Shown here: positions 8,160 through 16,035 of the stretch, piece by piece
Numbering within the stretch: the stretch's first letter is position 1
How the letters are laid out: every line of letters begins with the position of its first letter
From: a virus
Strand: one strand, 5' to 3'
Virus record (IMG/VR): IMGVR_UViG_3300035698_018106
Location: 294,717 to 322,902 of that record
Length of the DNA: 28,186 nucleotides
Position numbers and translations under genes: made by a program
The notes under the pieces: model-generated
The model's database searches: none
Seen by the model: only the letters and a program-made list of their open reading frames with translations
Told to the model about the DNA's origin: nothing

Positions 8160-8561
8160 TTATCTTAATTTAATATTAAATCGTTTCTCCATTTTTTCTA
8201 ATGTTTCTATAGGCACATTATGTATGTCAACACCATTATGTCTATTTTCAACAACTATAGAATATACTTTATATCCATATTTCTTTGCTAAATCATAATA
8301 AGGTTTCAATTCTCTTTCAGTTGTAGAAGTATTAGCTACACATATTTTTGGTAAACCATGCTCCATAGCTCTTTTTGTTTCAGCTTGACACCATGCATGG
8401 GCTTCACCTATCTTATCAAGAGACCAATTATAATTACCATCTTTATCAGTAAAATAATCATCAGCAGATAACACCTGTTGAGATATTAAATTAGCAAATG
8501 AGGTTTTACCACATCCAGGCACGCCCCGGACCATTATAAGATCCTTAATTTCTTCTTTCAT
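8160..8561 (-). CDS. polynucleotide 5'-kinase (kinase domain only), T4 Pnk-like P-loop kinase
   Basis: IMVRGVPGCGKTSF (Walker A), LSADDYF and CVANTSTTERELKPYYDLAKKYGYKV...NRHNGVDIHNVPIETLEKM parallel the T4 Pnk kinase domain (TIGCPGSGKST / NRDDYR / SDTNLNPERR...EYGWKV); no phosphatase domain, 133 aa. Confidence 0.8.
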   Translation of the reverse strand: MKEEIKDLIMVRGVPGCGKTSFANLISQQVLSADDYFTDKDGNYNWSLDKIGEAHAWCQAETKRAMEHGLPKICVANTSTTERELKPYYDLAKKYGYKVYSIVVENRHNGVDIHNVPIETLEKMEKRFNIKLR

Positions 8562-8573
8562 TATATAATATTA

Positions 8574-9293
8574 TTAAATATTTTCTAAATAATCCTTTGA
8601 TTGTATCCATTCCATAATTTCGATATCGAAAATTAAATCTATATTTTCGATAAATACTTTTGAATGGGTAATAATTATGATATCCTTTTTTAAAGATACT
8701 AATTCATTTAAATATTTTTTTTGATTCTTAAGAGATAATCCTTGTTCAGGTTCATCTAATATTAGCAAATCAAAATCTAAAGATATTATACTTTTTAAAA
8801 CACCTTCCCTTGTTTCTCCATGACTTTCTGCAACCCACATAAATTGATTTAATATTTCAGGAGCTGAATAAGTAATACCTTTTTGAGGATCGGGTTTTGA
8901 CACAGCTGGATTTATTTTTTCCATATCAACTAATAAAACTTCTTTATTTTGCAAAGAAGTTTTATTATTTTCAATTAATAAACGAATTAAAGTAGATTTA
9001 CCTACTCCATTATCGCCCACTATAATATTAACACCTTTTTTTAATTCAAAGGTATCCCCTTTATTAAAAAGCTTTTTATAATCAAATGTTTGTGTAACTG
9101 TTCTTTCTTTTTTTGTTAAAATAGGTCTTCTACCATTTCCTAATTTTAATTTCTTTACTTTTACATCAATAGCTTGAGATAATTCTCTTCCTTCAAGTTC
9201 AACTTTTTTTGTTTTTGAAAAGATATCCTTCCTCATAGGAGAGTAATCTTCTGTTACATCAATTATATAATCTTTTTTAAACGTAATCTTCAT
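8574..9293 (-). CDS. ABC-type (SMC/AAA_21-like) ATPase
   Basis: Walker A GDNGVGKST, degenerate signature ESHGE, Walker B/D-loop LLILDEPEQGLS, H-loop IIITHS; about 80-aa N-terminal extension. Confidence 0.65.
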   Translation of the reverse strand: MKITFKKDYIIDVTEDYSPMRKDIFSKTKKVELEGRELSQAIDVKVKKLKLGNGRRPILTKKERTVTQTFDYKKLFNKGDTFELKKGVNIIVGDNGVGKSTLIRLLIENNKTSLQNKEVLLVDMEKINPAVSKPDPQKGITYSAPEILNQFMWVAESHGETREGVLKSIISLDFDLLILDEPEQGLSLKNQKKYLNELVSLKKDIIIITHSKVFIENIDLIFDIEIMEWIQSKDYLENI

Positions 9294-9463
9294 TATTCTA
9301 GAATTTGTATACCATTAATATTAAGTGAGTAATTTTCAGCAATACACCAGGATATGATCTCCTGATCATTTGCATTATCAAAGAAACAATCTCTAAATTG
9401 ATCTCTTGTCCCGAGGAAAATATAACCCTCTTCTACTTTTATACAACATTCAGAATATTCCAT
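9293..9463 (-). CDS. small protein (56 aa, MEYSECCIKVEEGYIFLG...) translationally coupled to the ABC ATPase
   Basis: hand-translated ORF below the track's length cutoff; its TAA overlaps the ATPase ATG (TAATG). Confidence 0.35.
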   Translation of the reverse strand: MEYSECCIKVEEGYIFLGTRDQFRDCFFDNANDQEIISWCIAENYSLNINGIQILE

Positions 9464-9603
9464 TAAACTAATTTAAATGATTCATTTTTAATTTCTTCTA
9501 CATCTACCTTTATTAACTAAAGATGTTTTAAAATCTCCTTTTTGTCCTATAGGTAAATAAGCTGAATTTTTCATATTTTGATATATGTGGCATAATGTAT
9601 TAT

Positions 9604-10104
9604 TTAAAATGAATAATCATAATATTCTTGTTTAACACCAAATATGATATTTACTGTTGTCCATTCAATTTTAAGTTTTGTTAAACCTTCAATTAAAGAA
9701 TTAATAAATACCCCATTATATACTCCTCCTGCCTTACTGAATGCTTCATTTAGTAATTTACCATGATTTCCATATTTTTTATGAGCTTCATCAGTGAATG
9801 TAAATCCTACATGTTTCTTTTTCCACGAACCCCATTTATAATAAAGTGTAATTGTTCCTTCAATAAGTTCATTATATTCATAAGACTGTTGATCACTCAT
9901 ACCTAATTTGTCAACTCTTTTTGGGTGGTATCGTTGAATAACAACAGATTTTGATTTTTCATTTACATCAATAACTTCATATGCATGTCTATCAGAATGA
10001 AACAACATAGTAGCTCCTTTACCAATTTCTGGAATGGTTTGATTATTGCCCATCATCCAATTAACTAAAGAACCTGTTGTATTAAAAGTTAATGATTGCT
10101 TCAT
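9604..10104 (-). CDS. hypothetical protein (166 aa from Met-14; the track ATG at 10143 lies inside the promoter core)
   Basis: the 10143 ATG is the ATGG of the conserved core ATTTGGTTATATTTA; the next ATG (10102-10104) restores the usual core-to-ATG spacing. Confidence 0.45.
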   Translation of the reverse strand: MKQSLTFNTTGSLVNWMMGNNQTIPEIGKGATMLFHSDRHAYEVIDVNEKSKSVVIQRYHPKRVDKLGMSDQQSYEYNELIEGTITLYYKWGSWKKKHVGFTFTDEAHKKYGNHGKLLNEAFSKAGGVYNGVFINSLIEGLTKLKIEWTTVNIIFGVKQEYYDYSF

Positions 10105-10120
10105 ATTTTTATTTTTAAAT

Positions 10121-10190
10121 TTATAATAGTTAAATATAACCATTTACTATAAGAGTAAAAAATCTGAAATGTTAATAAATGTTAAAATTA
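10121..10190 (-). promoter_or_regulatory. promoter cassette copy b
   Basis: TAAATATAACCATTTACTATAAGAGTAAAAAATCTGAAATGTTAATAAATGTTAAAA. Confidence 0.5.
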
Positions 10191-10196
10191 ATTTAA

Positions 10197-10228
10197 CTAA
10201 AAAATCGACTATCTCTAGAGATAGTCGA
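10197..10228 (-). terminator. intrinsic-terminator-like hairpin + T-run (24-nt perfect palindrome TCGACTATCTCTAGAGATAGTCGA then TTTTTTAGTTA)
   Basis: 11-bp perfect stem; identical TTTTTTAGTTA tail as the 5352-5385 hairpin; just upstream of cassette b. Confidence 0.5.
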
Positions 10229-10339
10229 ATAAAATGTAATAGAAACCTGACTCCTGTAGTTTAAACAGGTTCTTTGTTTCATGATCAATAAAACAACACA
10301 TTGTATTTATATGCTAACATCAGTATTAAATATATCCTA

Positions 10340-10393
10340 TGAACCACTTTAGGATGAGCCGGTTGCCCATCATAAGGACTCGAACCTTCTATA
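10340..10393 (-). other. tRNA-like 3'-half fragment (T-arm GAAGG-TTCGAGT-CCTTA followed by an acceptor-like strand); not a complete tRNA
   Basis: minus-sense GGTTCGAGTCC T-loop consensus; no 5' acceptor/D/anticodon arms could be folded. Confidence 0.25.
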
Positions 10394-10435
10394 AATAACA
10401 AACTTACACTTTTATGGTATGCGCAACCAATATTT

Positions 10436-10606
10436 TTATTCGAAAACATTTAAAATTTTATCCCAAAATGTTTCTTCTGCTTTTAATTCAGCATCTATTT
10501 CTCTATTCATTTCTCCAGATTCAATAGATTCTGAAATTTCATTATGAATATTTTGTGCTATAATTAATCCTTCTTTTGCTTCTTCTAATGAATTAAATGT
10601 AATCAT
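10436..10606 (-). CDS. small acidic helical protein (56 aa, MITFNSLEEAKEGLIIAQNIHNEISES...)
   Basis: hand-translated, below track cutoff; sits in the otherwise empty 10144-10852 gap downstream of cassette c. Confidence 0.35.
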   Translation of the reverse strand: MITFNSLEEAKEGLIIAQNIHNEISESIESGEMNREIDAELKAEETFWDKILNVFE

Positions 10607-10614
10607 AATAATAT

Positions 10615-10764
10615 TTAATTTAATTGTTTAACATCTAATTCATACATTTTTGTATAAAAAATAATTTTATCTTCCTTAGACAATGCATCAATTGCATCTT
10701 TCATAAAATCCATTAAATTTTGACAAGATTTAACTGTCGCGCTTTTAAAATTTCCTAGTTCCAT
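10615..10764 (-). CDS. small protein (49 aa, MELGNFKSATVKSCQNLMDFMKDAIDALSKEDKIIFYTKMYELDVKQLN)
   Basis: hand-translated; the only gene here with a strong SD-like GGAGGAGGAGAT before its ATG. Confidence 0.35.
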   Translation of the reverse strand: MELGNFKSATVKSCQNLMDFMKDAIDALSKEDKIIFYTKMYELDVKQLN

Positions 10765-10790
10765 ATCTCCTCCTCCAATTATTAATAAAT

Positions 10791-10860
10791 TAATTATAGT
10801 ATAAATATAACCATTTACTTTAAGAGTAGAAAATATTAAATGTTAAAAAATGTTAAAATT
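10791..10860 (-). promoter_or_regulatory. promoter cassette copy c
   Basis: ATAAATATAACCATTTACTTTAAGAGTAGAAAATATTAAATGTTAAAAAATGTTAAAA; the stop of 10853-11794 sits inside the second TGTTAA. Confidence 0.5.
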
Positions 10861-11794
10861 CAATTTCTCCTACAATCGTTTTATTGCTCCATCCTCCAAT
10901 ATTAACAATTGAAGTTTCTAACTTACATCTAAAGTTTTCGTTTACAAACTCATATGCCTTGGAATTAATATTTTCTTTTGTATTTGCTAAGTATATACCA
11001 GTATGACTATCTTTTTGTATTATAATATCAGTTTCAACTGGATGAACATAGTGGAATGATAATTCAGGGGATGTTACAGGTATTTGATTGTTTTTATAGT
11101 AAGAAGAATTATAATTGCGATGATTTTTAGATTTATAAATCATTTCTTTAATTATTTCTTTATTATTAAATAGATTTGAATCATCATATAAATCTATTAA
11201 ATCTTTAATTCTTTTATTAGAAATAGGGAAAGATAAAATATCCCATAATTTACCTTCTTTACAAGCAAAAAAAGCACGCCGAGGTGTTTCTAATGTTAGA
11301 TGATAAGTATAATCATGATTGTATTTAACTATAATATTTTTTTGATACCAATTACCAAGATAAACCATTTCTAATCCATCTTTACATTGAGCACCTTTAT
11401 ACCAATGGCCAACTATGGCTTTAGAAATAGGAATAATATCACCCTTTTTATTTTCTAATTCTTCTTCTTTATAAAGAAGATCAATATATTCTGTATCTAA
11501 CGTCCTAATCAATTGCATTTGATGGTCAACAATATTTTCAACAAATGTAATTTCATCTTCAATTACACCATGTGTAATTGATAATCTAGTAAGTGGTAAT
11601 TGATCAAAATCTACCCAAATTTGTCTTGGTAAATATTCATGATCTATTAGAAATCCTAATTTACTATAATCAATAATTTTTAAACCTGCCATTGGTTCAT
11701 TATTAAAAGGTATTGTACCTTTACCACCAGACATTCTAATTCCGCTGCCAATGTAAGCTTTTTTAAGTAATTTTATACTACATGTATTTTCCAT
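10853..11794 (-). CDS. hypothetical protein (313 aa)
   Basis: longest ORF in the window, ATG start, preceded by a type-2 cassette (11798-11835). Confidence 0.55.
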   Translation of the reverse strand: MENTCSIKLLKKAYIGSGIRMSGGKGTIPFNNEPMAGLKIIDYSKLGFLIDHEYLPRQIWVDFDQLPLTRLSITHGVIEDEITFVENIVDHQMQLIRTLDTEYIDLLYKEEELENKKGDIIPISKAIVGHWYKGAQCKDGLEMVYLGNWYQKNIIVKYNHDYTYHLTLETPRRAFFACKEGKLWDILSFPISNKRIKDLIDLYDDSNLFNNKEIIKEMIYKSKNHRNYNSSYYKNNQIPVTSPELSFHYVHPVETDIIIQKDSHTGIYLANTKENINSKAYEFVNENFRCKLETSIVNIGGWSNKTIVGEIEF

Positions 11795-11797
11795 AAT

Positions 11798-11835
11798 TCA
11801 AATATAACCAAAATAAGTGGGATAAAAAATAATTA
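11798..11835 (-). promoter_or_regulatory. type-2 cassette (core + GGGATAAAAAA)
   Basis: AAATATAACCAAAATAAGTGGGATAAAAAATAAT upstream of ATG 11794; related copies at 26856-26890 and partly 22455-22490. Confidence 0.4.
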
Positions 11836-12270
11836 TTGTATAATTAAAGAATCTGTAAAAATATTATTATCTCCTGATGATGTTGTAATGGTTACATCAT
11901 CAGATTTTTTTATTTTAATTCTCTGTTTTTCTATTTCTTTAATACGTAATTTATATTTTAATATATTTGGAGTAAGACCTCCATATAATGTTAGTTCTAT
12001 AGGAACAAATCTTAATGAATCCCATATATGTTTAGTTGGTACTATATATTCTAAATATAAATCTGGATAATTTACTTTAAAATTAGCCAAACCATCAGGA
12101 ATTCTAGTATAATCACTGGAATAATACTTCCCATCATATTTATTAGCTAAAAATAAAGCAAAGGCTTTATTATATTTATCAACATACCTATAGCCTTGGT
12201 TATATTGTGTATTGTGTTCACATGAAACTAATAATAACAATGCTACAATAAAAATAATTAATTTTTTCAT
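11833..12270 (-). CDS. putative lipoprotein
   Basis: MKKLIIFIVALLLLVSC: n-region, h-region, lipobox LVSC; 4-nt overlap with the upstream gene. Confidence 0.5.
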   Translation of the reverse strand: MKKLIIFIVALLLLVSCEHNTQYNQGYRYVDKYNKAFALFLANKYDGKYYSSDYTRIPDGLANFKVNYPDLYLEYIVPTKHIWDSLRFVPIELTLYGGLTPNILKYKLRIKEIEKQRIKIKKSDDVTITTSSGDNNIFTDSLIIQ

Positions 12271-12872
12271 ATTTTATTTTTTTTAATGTCAAAATATTCT
12301 TCTGATAATACTTTTACTGGTTCGGTCACACCCATTACCCAAACTCCTGGTAATACATTTTCATCATATTTAAACCATTCTGGAGTTTCAATAACATCAT
12401 GAATAGTACCTTTAATTAAATTTTTAAATTCCAGAGAAAACCCTGTAAAATTTCCAATCATTATTTGATGACCGGTTTTTAAAGGGATATATGTTTTTCT
12501 ACATATAATATTAATGTCTTTATTTTCTAATTCCCCTTCATGTAGAAATATAATGTCATTTTCTGGATATTTATCTGAAACAATCTTCCTTATTTCTTTA
12601 TCATCATCATTAAAACGAGTTGTACTATCACCTATTTTATAAGGATTTGGACATTTTCCATCCTTATTATTAAGCATTCTAACTTCCTTTTTATTAGTTA
12701 AAATACGTTCAAGATCTTCGCCTTCAATAAGATTAGGTAAATCATTTTTAACTAGATCATACACACTTAGAGATGTTTCAATCTCAAATAATTTTACATA
12801 TACATGCATGGCATCGCTAGAATAACCAATCCATGATGTTAAATTTGCAATAATTTTTTTGGTATTATCCAT
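12267..12872 (-). CDS. hypothetical protein (201 aa)
   Basis: ATG start, unidirectional array. Confidence 0.5.
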   Translation of the reverse strand: MDNTKKIIANLTSWIGYSSDAMHVYVKLFEIETSLSVYDLVKNDLPNLIEGEDLERILTNKKEVRMLNNKDGKCPNPYKIGDSTTRFNDDDKEIRKIVSDKYPENDIIFLHEGELENKDINIICRKTYIPLKTGHQIMIGNFTGFSLEFKNLIKGTIHDVIETPEWFKYDENVLPGVWVMGVTEPVKVLSEEYFDIKKNKI

Positions 12873-12881
12873 GGATATTAT

Positions 12882-13310
12882 TTAAATATGAATATTTCCT
12901 ATTGGCTTACACGCGGAATATTCAGGATTAGCTATCTTAAAACATTCAAGATTTGAATTTGCATATAAAGTATTTTCTCCTCTCCAATCGCGTTTGTTAG
13001 TAGAGTTAACAAAGATTGCCTTTTCTACATTATTATTTTTAGCAATTACATCTTTAGACCTTTTAATAAGTCTTGTATATGTTGCTAATTCCTTTCGTTT
13101 TGTTGGTCCATGATTAGGAAATACTTCATTCATACCATATAACCATTCATCATTTGCCATTACTTCGGCTCTTGGATATTCTCCATCACTGATATCCATC
13201 GCATCTGATAATATCTTTCCATCTGGACAATTACCAACTTGAACATAAACGGCTATTTCTTCTCCTTTAAATGATTGTATTGCATATAATCTATATAAAT
13301 AAGCGCCCAT
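12882..13310 (-). CDS. hypothetical protein (142 aa)
   Basis: ATG start. Confidence 0.5.
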   Translation of the reverse strand: MGAYLYRLYAIQSFKGEEIAVYVQVGNCPDGKILSDAMDISDGEYPRAEVMANDEWLYGMNEVFPNHGPTKRKELATYTRLIKRSKDVIAKNNNVEKAIFVNSTNKRDWRGENTLYANSNLECFKIANPEYSACKPIGNIHI

Positions 13311-13314
13311 ATCT

Positions 13315-13656
13315 CTATTGTATTTTAATTAGTTTATAAATTAACATATCTTCTTTGATCATTTTATGTATTCTGTTTGTATCAGATAAAGGGATTGATA
13401 TATTATACCACACCTTCATAAATTTACCACTATCGTTAAAAAACATAATATCTACAGATTCTTTTATAATATTTTCTGTATCTGATATAATATTTACAGA
13501 TATATCGTCGTATAAATTAATACTTTGTATTTTATTATATGTATTTTCATTTTTATAAATATCATTAGTATACGCCGGAAATACAATAAGTATAAACAAA
13601 CTAATGGCTATTATAAGACTAAATACTGCTATAAAAAATTCTATTCTTCTATTCAT
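13315..13656 (-). CDS. membrane-anchored protein
   Basis: N-terminal FFIAVFSLIIAISLFILIVF hydrophobic anchor; 113 aa. Confidence 0.45.
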   Translation of the reverse strand: MNRRIEFFIAVFSLIIAISLFILIVFPAYTNDIYKNENTYNKIQSINLYDDISVNIISDTENIIKESVDIMFFNDSGKFMKVWYNISIPLSDTNRIHKMIKEDMLIYKLIKIQ

Positions 13657-13673
13657 TATTATATAATATGAAA

Positions 13674-14036
13674 TTATTTATGAATGTCAAACTTAATAGA
13701 CTGAATTTCGTTTAATTCTGTTTGCATATTATTTGTCTTAATATATAATGCTTTTTCATAGTGATGTGCTATATCAATAAAATATCTGCTTTCCATAAAT
13801 TCATTTAAATCAAATCTATATTCCAAACAACCAACTGCCTCATCAGATGTATTAGTATTAATAAAGTTACCAATACCGCCAACCCAAATACATGAATCTC
13901 CTGCCACCATACAAAATTCATTTTCAATTAATTTTGTAGCAATTGTTTCCCAACCTGGATATTCATCATTCTTAAAAAATTGGCTTAAAATGAAGCTTTT
14001 TTGATATTGTGTCAAAATATTTGTTTTAGTTTTCAT
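13674..14036 (-). CDS. hypothetical protein (120 aa)
   Basis: ATG start; 4-nt overlap with the upstream gene. Confidence 0.45.
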   Translation of the reverse strand: MKTKTNILTQYQKSFILSQFFKNDEYPGWETIATKLIENEFCMVAGDSCIWVGGIGNFINTNTSDEAVGCLEYRFDLNEFMESRYFIDIAHHYEKALYIKTNNMQTELNEIQSIKFDIHK

Positions 14037-14581
14037 GACTTATGATTTATAAATTTTTCTCCGTGATAATTAGTTACATAAATTTCTGGTATATAAGGTT
14101 TTCTCATTAAAAATGCTCCTGGCATTATTAAGTTCTTACTATCTACAAAATAATAAGAAGATGTTCTTTCATATACCATTGTAACTCCACCAAAATGATA
14201 ATTAAATGATCTATATTTTATTGATATGTTAAATTTATTATCAATCTCTACAAAAAATATCGGATACTTTTTGGTTCCGGCTTCATATACAAAGTTACCA
14301 TTTGAATCTTTACCTCTCCATGGAGATATCAGAAATGGTCTGATTGTACCATCTATATTAGGATAATGATACTTATTAAAAAAGAATTCATATGAATCAG
14401 AGTCACTAGAAAGATTAACAGCTATTTCTTGGTCAAGAAAATATTGTAATACTTCTTTTCTTAAAGGTTGATCTTTTTTCTCATGACTTAAGACTCCATA
14501 AAGCCATATAAGATATTCCATTGGAAGCGTATCCAATCTATCCCCTTTATATGTTCCCCATTTCATCTTATGATATTCCAT
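14033..14581 (-). CDS. hypothetical protein (182 aa)
   Basis: first gene after cassette copy d; ATG about 10 nt past the cassette. Confidence 0.5.
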   Translation of the reverse strand: MEYHKMKWGTYKGDRLDTLPMEYLIWLYGVLSHEKKDQPLRKEVLQYFLDQEIAVNLSSDSDSYEFFFNKYHYPNIDGTIRPFLISPWRGKDSNGNFVYEAGTKKYPIFFVEIDNKFNISIKYRSFNYHFGGVTMVYERTSSYYFVDSKNLIMPGAFLMRKPYIPEIYVTNYHGEKFINHKS

Positions 14582-14589
14582 ATATTTTT

Positions 14590-14658
14590 TAATTATAGTT
14601 AAATATAACCAAATTTACATTAAGAGAACAATTGCAAATGTTAATAAATGTTAATTGT
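14590..14658 (-). promoter_or_regulatory. promoter cassette copy d
   Basis: TAAATATAACCAAATTTACATTAAGAGAACAATTGCAAATGTTAATAAATGTTAA. Confidence 0.5.
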
Positions 14659-14686
14659 ATCACCTTTATTATATTTTCCTATAGAA

Positions 14687-14893
14687 TCAACAAACCATAT
14701 TGCATTTCCCCCCAATCCCATTTGTCTGTATATAATACCAACATAAGCCATCAGGTGTCCCATCTTTATTATTAATATTTTGAATGGTTATCATATCCGG
14801 TTTATTATTTACAGCATTATCACCAGAATTTCCTGGACCATAACAACTTGATAATAAAATCAATATTATGCTAATAGTTAATAATTTTTTCAT
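14687..14893 (-). CDS. putative small lipoprotein (68 aa from MKKLLTISIILILLSSC; the track starts 10 codons earlier at 14923)
   Basis: lipobox LSSC after an h-region; the 14893 ATG removes the 20-nt overlap with the upstream gene. Confidence 0.4.
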   Translation of the reverse strand: MKKLLTISIILILLSSCYGPGNSGDNAVNNKPDMITIQNINNKDGTPDGLCWYYIQTNGIGGKCNMVC

Positions 14894-14903
14894 AAGATTT
14901 GTT

Positions 14904-15236
14904 TTAAATTTGACTTCCATCATTAAATTCTTTTATTGCTTGATAGCTTATATCTTTTAATCTTTTTAGTAAATCTCCTTCAGGATTATCTATTTCATAT
15001 TCAACACCGCCTTTAATTAATGAAAAATATTTAACATCTCCACCTTGTATACACCATTGAATAATTGGATAATTATTATCTATACATTGATAATGTCCTT
15101 TCCCTTCCGGAACAGAAGAACACCAGATAAATCCGATTGAATCTTCTTCATCATAAGTATACTTTAAATTAAAAACATTTACTAAATGTTTAGATAATAT
15201 TACAGCAATTTGTGCATCAGTAGCTTTTGATTTCAT
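14904..15236 (-). CDS. hypothetical protein (110 aa)
   Basis: ATG start. Confidence 0.45.
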   Translation of the reverse strand: MKSKATDAQIAVILSKHLVNVFNLKYTYDEEDSIGFIWCSSVPEGKGHYQCIDNNYPIIQWCIQGGDVKYFSLIKGGVEYEIDNPEGDLLKRLKDISYQAIKEFNDGSQI

Positions 15237-15242
15237 AGTGGT

Positions 15243-15524
15243 TTATTTAATATTCATTCCTGTTATACAATCAGCCTCGCCAATCATAGAATATTTATCA
15301 TCCGCCCCTTGTAAGCTAATAATAAAATTATCTTTGGTATAAGTAGAGATTTTAAGAATCTCATAAGATTCTTCTTTTAATTGTTTAACTTTAAATACCT
15401 TTTGTGGCATAGCATAAGCATAATTATTTTTAATAGGTACTAATTTCTTACCTATGTAATTACCTTCAAATAATTCACCAATTGTAATTCCTGATGTAGC
15501 CCACTGTTTATTTTTCTTTGCCAT
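15243..15524 (-). CDS. hypothetical protein (93 aa)
   Basis: ATG start. Confidence 0.45.
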   Translation of the reverse strand: MAKKNKQWATSGITIGELFEGNYIGKKLVPIKNNYAYAMPQKVFKVKQLKEESYEILKISTYTKDNFIISLQGADDKYSMIGEADCITGMNIK

Positions 15525-15528
15525 AATA

Positions 15529-15693
15529 TTATGCTTTTCTAATTGCGTTTACTTTAGTATTTTCAAACTTTAATCCAAGTGGCGGGTGTATATATTCTTT
15601 AAACATTTTATTAACTATTCTTTCAATTTCTTCTGGGGGATAATTAATAAAAGCACTTACTGTTTCTATTTCTATTTTATAAACTGTTGCCAT
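15529..15693 (-). CDS. small protein (54 aa, MATVYKIEIETVSAFINYPPEEIERIVNKMFKEY...)
   Basis: hand-translated, below track cutoff; first ORF downstream of cassette copy e. Confidence 0.3.
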   Translation of the reverse strand: MATVYKIEIETVSAFINYPPEEIERIVNKMFKEYIHPPLGLKFENTKVNAIRKA

Positions 15694-15759
15694 AATAAAA
15701 TTTAATTTGAATACATATTATTAAATTGAATATTTCCATTAACAAATCTTTTTATTTAA

Positions 15760-15830
15760 ATTTGTAATAGTTAAATATAACCAAATTTACAATACTAGAA
15801 CAATTCTAAATGTTAAAAAATGTTAAACAT
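15760..15830 (-). promoter_or_regulatory. promoter cassette copy e
   Basis: TTAAATATAACCAAATTTACAATACTAGAACAATTCTAAATGTTAAAAAATGTTAAA. Confidence 0.5.
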
Positions 15831-16035
15831 CTTTCCATCGTATTCCGGATACTTCACCGAATATTAAATATTCTTTCTTTTTTTCACATACAACTTCGGC
15901 ACTATCTCTTCTGATATTTTGTATATCACCGTTGGGATGTGTTAACCATGTTTTATAATTAACACCTTCTGAACTTTGAAGTTTAGATCCTAATTTCAAA
16001 GCATTAGCTATCGATATTTGATAAGTTGTCATCAT
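15823..16035 (-). CDS. small hypothetical protein (70 aa)
   Basis: its TAA stop is supplied by the second TGTTAA of cassette e. Confidence 0.4.
   Translation of the reverse strand: MMTTYQISIANALKLGSKLQSSEGVNYKTWLTHPNGDIQNIRRDSAEVVCEKKKEYLIFGEVSGIRWKDV

Noticed and set aside
10340-10393. Complete tRNA gene
   Set aside because: Only a T-arm plus 3' acceptor-like strand can be folded. A GGTTGCG/GGCAACC pairing is possible, but it leaves 32 nt where about 42 are needed for D and anticodon arms, plus 5 unexplained nt. Reported only as a tRNA-like fragment.
10764-10780. Shine-Dalgarno usage inferred from GGAGGAGGAGAT upstream of ATG 10764
   Set aside because: It is the single SD-like sequence among about 65 gene starts. 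All others have A/T-only leaders. It cannot be taken as the general initiation mechanism.
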